Shown: piece by piece, positions 42,217 through 48,361 of the stretch
Numbering within the stretch: position 1 is the stretch's first letter
Layout of the letters: each line of letters starts with the position of its first letter
Assembly: GCA_934613185.1 (NCBI GenBank)
Contig: CAKTSO010000001.1
Coordinates: 1 to 48,361, forward strand
DNA: 48,361 nucleotides
Source of the DNA: an uncultured Clostridia bacterium
GTDB taxonomy: Bacteria > Bacillota > Clostridia > Christensenellales > Maliibacteriaceae
Direction: 5' to 3'
The notes under the pieces: generated by a model
Told to the model about the DNA's origin: nothing
Databases searched by the model: none
The model's input: the letters and a program-made list of their open reading frames with translations, nothing else
Program-made: the position numbers and the translations under genes

Positions 42217-43173
42217 ATGAAAATGCTCTGTCTGGGCGCGGTGTTGTGCGACATCGCGGCGAAGCCCGTCCCCGCGGACGCGTTTGCGGCGCGCCGCATC
42301 CAGCTTGACAGTTTGAATCTGGCGGGCGGCGGCGACGCCAACAACGCGTCGATCGACCTTGCGCGCCTCGGAGAGGACGTGCGGATCGTCAGCCGCGTCG
42401 GCGGCGACTTTTTGGGGCAGATGCTCACGACCCTTCTTTCGCAAAACGGCGTGGACACGCGCTATGTCGCGCGGGACGAACACGCCGAGACGACCGCCGC
42501 GATTCTGATGCTCGGCCCCGACGGGGTCACGACGATCAGCGCGCGGCACAGCGGCGCGTGCGACAGCGTCCGCGAAAGCGACGTCACGGACGAGGCGCTC
42601 ATCTGGGCCGACCATCTTCACGTCGTCAACGTCATGAACATGCCGTGTCTGGACGGCGAGGGACTCGGTCGCCTCTTTGCCCGCGCGCACGAAGCGGGCG
42701 TGACCACGAGCATGGACTTGAAGCGTCCGCGCACCCCGCTGGAAAAGCCGCTGGAGGCCGTCGTCCCCGCGCTTTCGCACTGCGACGTGTTCCTGCCCAG
42801 CGACTACGAGGTCGAATACCTGTGCGGATTCACCGATCCGCATCGCGCACGCGACTTCTTCCGCGATTTCGGCGTGAAGGTCTTCGGCATGAAGTGCGGA
42901 AAAGCGGGCGTGTATCTGACGGACTTTCAAGAGGAGGTCTTTCAAAAATCGCTGTTTTCCGGCACGCCCGTGGACGTCACCGGCGCGGGCGACGCGTTTT
43001 CCTCGACGTTTGCGGCGTCGTGGCGGCGCGGGCTGTCCCTGCGCGACGCGGCGCTGATCGCAAGCGCCGCCTCGGCGCGCGTGCTTTCCGCGGTCGGGAC
43101 GACGGCGGGCATGGTCGATTTCGACACGCTTTGCGCCGACGTCCGCGCCGCGGGCGAGACGCTGTCGGTCTGA
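42217..43173 (+). CDS. PfkB-family kinase paralog K5
   Basis: ORF trimmed to ATG 42217 (CGGAGG RBS), 20 nt after the K4 stop. Motifs GGGDANNAS, VTTSMD, FLPSDYE and DVTGAGDAFSST. Confidence 0.85.
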   Translation: MKMLCLGAVLCDIAAKPVPADAFAARRIQLDSLNLAGGGDANNASIDLARLGEDVRIVSRVGGDFLGQMLTTLLSQNGVDTRYVARDEHAETTAAILMLGPDGVTTISARHSGACDSVRESDVTDEALIWADHLHVVNVMNMPCLDGEGLGRLFARAHEAGVTTSMDLKRPRTPLEKPLEAVVPALSHCDVFLPSDYEVEYLCGFTDPHRARDFFRDFGVKVFGMKCGKAGVYLTDFQEEVFQKSLFSGTPVDVTGAGDAFSSTFAASWRRGLSLRDAALIASAASARVLSAVGTTAGMVDFDTLCADVRAAGETLSV

Positions 43174-43247
43174 CAAACGCTCAACACGGCGGAAACGCCG
43201 TTTGAAATTTTAAAAAATTCTCAACATCATTCACGGAGGTATTTCCC

Positions 43248-44213
43248 ATGACCAAATTCCTTTGCGTCGGACAGGCGCTGTGCGACCTGTATCTTCACCC
43301 GGCAGGCCCCGAGATTTTCGACGGCAGACAGAACCACGTTCTGGACTCGATCCCCGTCATGGGCGGCGGCGACGCAAACAACGGCTCCATCGACCTTGCA
43401 AAGATCGGCAACGAAGTCGCCATCGCGACCAGCCTGGGAAGAGACATCTTCGGCTCTCAGGTGCTGCGCCTTCAGCAGGAGGCGGGCGTGGACACGCGCT
43501 TCGTCACGCTCCGCGACGACATGCCCACGGCGGTCCATGCGATCCTGCTTTCCAGCGAAGCCACGCGCGGCAACGCGGCTCTGCCCGGCACTGCGCAGGC
43601 GCTTCGCCGCGAAGACATCCCCGACGAAGCGATCGCCTGGGCGGATCACGTCCATATCGTAAGCGTTTTAAGCCACCCGCTACTCGACGGCGAGGGCGTG
43701 GCGTCCGTCGCGCGCGAGGCCAAGCGCCTGGGCAAGACGACGAGCATGGATCTGCAGTATGACGAGCGTTTGTGGAAGCCCGAGGAGACGCTTTCCAAAA
43801 TCGAGGCGGCGCTTCCCTACATCGACGTCTTCCTTCCCAGCTTCGACGAGGCGACCGTCGTCACCGGCGGGCTGACCGATCCGCTTGCAATGAAGGAGTT
43901 CTTCCGCAAGTACGACCTCAAAATCTTCGGCTGCAAGCTCGGCGCAAAGGGCGTGTATCTGACGGATTTCGATCAGGACGTCTTCCTTCCCCCGCTGTAT
44001 CGCGGCGAGCCCGTGGACACCCTGGGCTGCGGCGACGCGTTCTGCTCCGGCTTCATCTCCGCCTACAAGCGCGGATTCTCCCTCGAGGGCTGCGGCCTCA
44101 TCGGCAGCGCCGCCTCCGCGAAGATCTGCGCCGTCGTCGGCTGCAACGCCGGCATGCGTCCGTTCGACGAACTGGTCGCGCATGCCCGCGATTTCGGCTA
44201 CGACGCCAAATAA
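43248..44213 (+). CDS. PfkB-family kinase paralog K6 (GCGD variant)
   Basis: 321 aa with a CGGAGG RBS. Motifs GGGDANNGS, KTTSMD, FLPSFDE and DTLGCGDAFCSG. Confidence 0.85.
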   Translation: MTKFLCVGQALCDLYLHPAGPEIFDGRQNHVLDSIPVMGGGDANNGSIDLAKIGNEVAIATSLGRDIFGSQVLRLQQEAGVDTRFVTLRDDMPTAVHAILLSSEATRGNAALPGTAQALRREDIPDEAIAWADHVHIVSVLSHPLLDGEGVASVAREAKRLGKTTSMDLQYDERLWKPEETLSKIEAALPYIDVFLPSFDEATVVTGGLTDPLAMKEFFRKYDLKIFGCKLGAKGVYLTDFDQDVFLPPLYRGEPVDTLGCGDAFCSGFISAYKRGFSLEGCGLIGSAASAKICAVVGCNAGMRPFDELVAHARDFGYDAK

Positions 44214-44218
44214 TCGGT

Positions 44219-45229
44219 ATGAAAAAGGATTTTGACGTCATCGCGCTGGGCGGCGCGGCGTTCGACATTCCCGTGTCGCCCGTGCCGCGCGATATTATGG
44301 CAATCGGCGGCGTGAACGCCGATATCCGCATGGCGACCGGCGGCGACGCGCTCAACGGCGCGATCTCTCTTTCGTCCCTCGGGATGCGCACCGCGCTTTT
44401 GACCTACACCGGAACGGACGAATTTTCCGACGCCATCGTCGAGAGATTAAAAGAAGCCGGGGTCGACACGTCCCTCGTCGTGCGCGACGAAAACTTCCGC
44501 ACGACCATGGCCTATCTCCTGATCGAAGAAAGCGGCGAGCGGCACATTCTGGGGCCGGGCTACGCGAACGTCAAATCCGGTCTCAATCGCACGCATGTGA
44601 CGGACGAGATCCTCAGCCGCACGCGGCATCTGCACTACGCGAGCGTCAACGCCAACAAGTTTCTGGACGGCGAAGACATCGGCGACGTGTTCCGCCGCGC
44701 AAAAGCGCTCGGCATCACGACGAGCATGGATGCGGGCTTCGACCGTGACGGGCTCTGGCTCGAAAAGGCCAAATACGCCCTGCCCTACTGCGATATTTTC
44801 TTCCCGAGCTATTCCGAGGCCGTCCCCATCGCGGGCGGCAGGACGGACGTGCGCGAGATGGCGGAGTTCTTCCGCCCGTACCATCTTCAATACTTTGGCT
44901 GCAAGCTCGGCGCGGACGGCGCGTATTTGTACGATTATGCAAACGAACGCGAATATCGTCAGCCGACGCTCCTGCGCGGCCCCGTCGTCGACACGACCGG
45001 CGCGGGCGACGCATTCTTCGCGGGCTTTTTGACGGCGTATCTGCACGGCTGGGACGTGGACGACTGTCTTCGTCTTGCCTCGGCGCAGTCGGCGATCATC
45101 ATTTCGTCCATCGGCGCGAACGTCGGCGTGCGCGATCTTTCCGCGGCGCTCGACGTCGCAAAGAAGGCGGGCGTGACGATCCGCGGCGCGCAGAAGGAGG
45201 GTCTTTATGGCGAAAGAGAAACGGTTTGA
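44219..45229 (+). CDS. PfkB-family kinase paralog K7
   Basis: ORF 43772..45229 trimmed to ATG 44219, 5 nt after the K6 stop. Motifs TGGDALNGA, ITTSMD, FFPSYSE and DTTGAGDAFFAG. Confidence 0.85.
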   Translation: MKKDFDVIALGGAAFDIPVSPVPRDIMAIGGVNADIRMATGGDALNGAISLSSLGMRTALLTYTGTDEFSDAIVERLKEAGVDTSLVVRDENFRTTMAYLLIEESGERHILGPGYANVKSGLNRTHVTDEILSRTRHLHYASVNANKFLDGEDIGDVFRRAKALGITTSMDAGFDRDGLWLEKAKYALPYCDIFFPSYSEAVPIAGGRTDVREMAEFFRPYHLQYFGCKLGADGAYLYDYANEREYRQPTLLRGPVVDTTGAGDAFFAGFLTAYLHGWDVDDCLRLASAQSAIIISSIGANVGVRDLSAALDVAKKAGVTIRGAQKEGLYGERETV

Positions 45230-46166
45230 CGTCATCGTTGCGGGCTACGCCGGATACGATCTCGCCGTCTCGCCCGTGCCGCAGAACATCATGGATGTGG
45301 ACACCGGCACCGCGCCGCAGCGGATCATCACCGTCGGCGGCGACGGGATCAACGCGGCGACGAGCTTTGCGTCTTTGGGATGCAAAACGGCGCTTTGTTC
45401 CGCCGTCGGCCGCGACATGTTCGCAAAAACCGTCCGCAATCATTTGAAAGACCATAACATCGACGCGCGATACGTCTTCGACGTCGACGCGCCGACAACG
45501 TTCACGCTGATCCTCGTCGGAGAGGACGGCGAACGGCACTGTCTCATCCGCCGCGGCGCGACGGAATCCATCTGCCGCGACATGGTCCCGGCCGAGGCAA
45601 TCGAAAACGCGCGGCATCTTCACTACGCGAGCTTTTTCCCGATGACGCGCCTTGACCCGGAGGCACATCTTCTGCTTCGGCAGGCAAAAGAAGCCGGGCT
45701 TTCCACAAGCATGGACGCGGTGACGTATCACGGCGACAAAGACCCGCTGGAGCTGCTCGCCCCGTCTCTGCCCTACGTCGACATCTTCATGCCGAGCTTC
45801 GACGACGCGGCGCTGATCTTCAAAACGCGCGACTTCGCCGAAATGAAGCGGCAGATGGCGCGGTTCGGGACGAAGTTTTTCTGTGTCAAATGCGGCGCGA
45901 ACGGACTTCTCGCCACGGATTTCGGGCGCGACGTTCACGTTCCCGCGATGTGCCGCGGCGCGGTTGTCGACACCACCGGCGCGGGCGATTCCTGCGCGGC
46001 GGGCTTTGCGGCGGCGTATCTTCGCGGCGGCGACCTTGCCGCCTGCGCGGCGATCGCAAGCGCAAACGCGGCGTTCGTCGTGCAATCCTTCGGCGCAACG
46101 ACCGGCTGCCGTCCGTATGAAGACGTGGCCGCGCTGGCAAAGAGCTTCGGCTATGACGTGCCGTAA
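45207..46166 (+). CDS. PfkB-family kinase paralog K8
   Basis: 319 aa with a GAAGGAGGG RBS; the start overlaps the K7 end by 23 nt. Motifs VGGDGINAA, LSTSMD, FMPSFDD and DTTGAGDSCAAG. Confidence 0.85.
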   Translation: MAKEKRFDVIVAGYAGYDLAVSPVPQNIMDVDTGTAPQRIITVGGDGINAATSFASLGCKTALCSAVGRDMFAKTVRNHLKDHNIDARYVFDVDAPTTFTLILVGEDGERHCLIRRGATESICRDMVPAEAIENARHLHYASFFPMTRLDPEAHLLLRQAKEAGLSTSMDAVTYHGDKDPLELLAPSLPYVDIFMPSFDDAALIFKTRDFAEMKRQMARFGTKFFCVKCGANGLLATDFGRDVHVPAMCRGAVVDTTGAGDSCAAGFAAAYLRGGDLAACAAIASANAAFVVQSFGATTGCRPYEDVAALAKSFGYDVP

Positions 46167-46172
46167 AAAAAT

Positions 46173-46210
46173 CAAAAAAGAGCAAGTCGTCAATGACTTG
46201 CTCTTTTTTA
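46173..46210. terminator. Bidirectional intrinsic terminator closing the kinase array
   Basis: 11-bp stem aagagcaagtc (46178-46188) / gacttgctctt (46195-46205), flanked by A-runs and T-runs. Confidence 0.75.
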
Positions 46211-46220
46211 ATAAAAAAAA

Positions 46221-46523
46221 TCACGCATACCAGTTGTAGTCCCATCGATTTTCCAGGCAGTACAGAACCCTGTGGCGCTTGAACAGGACGTCTTTTTCCA
46301 CAAGCTCTTTCAGTTCGGCCGCGGTAATGGGGCGCCAGTGCGTGACGCGTCCGAGTCTCGGATCATACCCGAGCGCCCATTCGCACCCTCTTGCGCCGTG
46401 CGGCAGATAGTCAAAATGCGCGATCCATTCCTTTCCGTTCGGCAGCACACGGCGCACGATGCAATACTGCCCGTTCTCCGGCCATTTGTCCTGCATTGAA
46501 TGCCACGGTTTCTTTGAGATCAT
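46221..46523 (-). CDS. DUF551-like small protein (phage-associated family)
   Basis: 100 aa with a GGGAGGA RBS. The pattern WPENGQYCIV...W...RVTHWRPI resembles DUF551 (THWMPLP-type C-terminus). Called from memory. Confidence 0.55.
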   Translation of the reverse strand: MISKKPWHSMQDKWPENGQYCIVRRVLPNGKEWIAHFDYLPHGARGCEWALGYDPRLGRVTHWRPITAAELKELVEKDVLFKRHRVLYCLENRWDYNWYA

Positions 46524-46609
46524 CGCGTTAATCCTCCCGCCTTTGATGGTGTTATCTTACCACGCGCCGCGCGCCGTTTTTTTAACGCTTCGCGCGCATA
46601 AAACGCCCC

Positions 46610-47044
46610 GTGCGCGCAAAACCTAAGCGCAAAACCGATCGTCGGGAGGCGCTGATTTTGAAAAAACTGATTCTTATCGTCGTCCTTGTCCTCGTCGCCG
46701 CGGCGTTTTTGCCCGTGCGCCCCGCGATGCGCGCGCCCGAGGTGACGCGCCTTTCCCTCGAGGCGGACGACAAAAAAAGCGCGTCGCTCGTGCGAATTTT
46801 AAACAGCGACGCCGCCGCGCTCAACGCCGTGTCCGTCTACTGTTACGGGCTTGCCGCCGACCGCCTCGCCGCGCGGCAGGGCGCAAACGAGCCGACGTGC
46901 GTGACGTTCTATTTCGACGGCCTGCGTTACGTCGGCGCGACGACGACCTTTCGGGGCGCGGGGGAGTACTTCGACTTATCCGGCCGCAGCGCCGAACAGC
47001 TCGACGGCCTGACGTTCGAGCAGTGGGCCGCACAGAGGGAGTGA
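46610..47044 (+). CDS. Hypothetical N-terminally anchored protein
   Basis: The ORF-track start 46610 is a GTG. An in-frame TTG at 46658 preceded by GGGAGG plus 7 nt would give MKKLILIVVLVLVAAAF... It has a single TM and no recognisable domain. Confidence 0.5.
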   Translation: MRAKPKRKTDRREALILKKLILIVVLVLVAAAFLPVRPAMRAPEVTRLSLEADDKKSASLVRILNSDAAALNAVSVYCYGLAADRLAARQGANEPTCVTFYFDGLRYVGATTTFRGAGEYFDLSGRSAEQLDGLTFEQWAAQRE

Positions 47045-47111
47045 ACGCGGGACGCGCGCATTCCGACGCAGGGGTATCCCGCCGCAGCCGATTTCAAATC
47101 AAAAGAGGACA

Positions 47112-47156
47112 AATAAAAAAGAGGAAGATATTTTGCCGTATCTTCCCCTTTTTTGT
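47112..47156. terminator. Bidirectional intrinsic terminator
   Basis: Stem ggaagata (47123-47130) / tatcttcc (47139-47146), with an A-run upstream and a T-run downstream. Confidence 0.6.
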
Positions 47157-47162
47157 TCTCTT

Positions 47163-48361
47163 TTAAAACTGCGCGCCGTACAGTTCCGCGTAGACGCCGC
47201 CTTTTTGAAGAAGCGCTTCGTGCGTGCCCTCTTCGGCGATGCCGTCCTGCGTTAAGACGAGAATGCGCTGGGCGTTTTTGATCGTCGAGAGGCGGTGCGC
47301 GATGACGAACGTGGTCCGCTCGCGCGAAAGCGTTTCGAGCGACTGCTGGACGATGCGCTCGGACTCGTTGTCCAGCGCGCTCGTCGCCTCGTCGAAGATG
47401 AGGATCGGCGGATTTTTCAAAAACACGCGCGCGATGGAAAGCCGCTGCTTCTGCCCGCCCGACAGCTTCACGCCGCGCTGACCGATGTCGGTCTGATAGC
47501 CGTCGGAAAGCCCCATGATGAACTCGTGCGCGTTGGCGGCGCGCGCCGCGCGGATGACCTCCTCGTCCGTGGCGTCGGGGCGGCCGTAGCGGATGTTCTC
47601 CATGACGGTCCCCGCGAAAAGATACACGTCCTGCTGGACGATGCCGATGTTCTTATGAATATCCTTCTGTTTCAGGCGGCGCACGTCGATCCCGTCGATC
47701 GAGACCGTGCCCTCCGTCGCGTCGTAAAACCGCGGGATGAGGCTGCAAAGCGTCGTCTTGCCCGCGCCGGACGCACCGACGAGCGCGACGTATTCCCCCG
47801 CGCCGACGTGCAGATTCACATGGGACAGCACGTCCTCCTGCCCTTCGCCGTAACGGAACGAGACGTCGTCGAAGTCGACCGTGCCCTCCATCTCGGGGCG
47901 CGAGACGGCGTCGGGCGCGTCCTCGATGACGGGGGCGATGTTCATGATCTGCAAAAAGCGTTCATAGCCGGTATAGCCGTTCTGGAACTGCTCCGTGAAG
48001 CTGACAAGGCGCTTGACGGGGTCGGTGAAATTGCTGATGAACAGCAAAAACGCCACGAGGTCGGCGGCGGAAAGCTCGCCTTTTGCCATAAACAACGCGC
48101 CCGCAATCAACGACAAAACGATGATCAGCGTCGAAAACGCGGTCATGCCCGAATTATACAGGCCCATGTATTTGTAGCTGATGCGCTTGGCGGCGACGAA
48201 CTTTTCGTTGCCCGAACGGAACTTTTTGATCTCCTCTTTCTCGTTGCCGAAGGACTTGACCACGCGGATGCCGGAGAGGCTGTCCTCGATCTGGCTGTTG
48301 ATGTCCGCGATGCGGCGGCGGTTCTCGGCGAAGGCGTGCTTCATGCGGCGGTTCATCGTGA
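47163..48361 (-). CDS. ABC exporter, fused permease/ATPase (N-terminus outside window)
   Basis: The ORF runs to the right edge of the window. Walker A GASGAGKTT, signature LSGGQKQR, Walker B ILIFDEATSALD, H-loop VIAHR. Confidence 0.9.
   Translation of the reverse strand, partial: TMNRRMKHAFAENRRRIADINSQIEDSLSGIRVVKSFGNEKEEIKKFRSGNEKFVAAKRISYKYMGLYNSGMTAFSTLIIVLSLIAGALFMAKGELSAADLVAFLLFISNFTDPVKRLVSFTEQFQNGYTGYERFLQIMNIAPVIEDAPDAVSRPEMEGTVDFDDVSFRYGEGQEDVLSHVNLHVGAGEYVALVGASGAGKTTLCSLIPRFYDATEGTVSIDGIDVRRLKQKDIHKNIGIVQQDVYLFAGTVMENIRYGRPDATDEEVIRAARAANAHEFIMGLSDGYQTDIGQRGVKLSGGQKQRLSIARVFLKNPPILIFDEATSALDNESERIVQQSLETLSRERTTFVIAHRLSTIKNAQRILVLTQDGIAEEGTHEALLQKGGVYAELYGAQF

Overview
GC-rich Gram-positive (Clostridia-like) chromosomal segment. 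GGAGG-type ribosome-binding sites (RBS), TTGACA/TATAAT promoters and hairpin plus T-run terminators are visible throughout. All product calls come from reading the translations and recalling family motifs; no database search was run.

Gene order, left to right:
- potC (3' end) and potD polyamine uptake, then a convergent alkaline-phosphatase-family phosphodiesterase.
- A long recQ.
- On the minus strand: RluA-type pseudouridine synthase, SAM methyltransferase, tRNA-Arg(ACG), a large polytopic membrane protein, brnQ, and a sugar-phosphate isomerase/epimerase-like protein.
- A membrane protein with an acidic repeat tail, divergent from an ECF sigma / anti-sigma pair, followed by a zinc-ribbon protein.
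- A GNAT acetyltransferase plus a mini zinc-ribbon gene.
- An isolated XhlA-holin-CHAP endolysin lysis cassette, then a PAP2 phosphatase.
- An 897-aa orphan protein with two RNA-polymerase alpha-CTD-like modules and a sigma region-4-like HTH.
- TetR plus a heterodimeric ABC exporter, and MarR plus a MATE exporter.
- A coupled pair of extremely Cys/Pro-rich ORFs.
- Two tandem LysM-G5-M23 peptidase paralogs.
- dnaD-like and dnaI-like replication genes.
- The main oddity: eight same-strand PfkB-family kinase paralogs (36266-46166). They have no transporter, regulator or downstream pathway enzyme. The array is interrupted only by a secreted L,D-transpeptidase and two long, structured non-coding spacers: an AT-rich element bounded by inverted repeats, and a REP-like hairpin cluster.
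- A DUF551-like orphan, a small membrane-anchored protein, and a truncated ABC exporter at the right edge.

Many long ORFs in the six-frame track are antisense shadows of real genes, as expected in GC-rich DNA, and were rejected.
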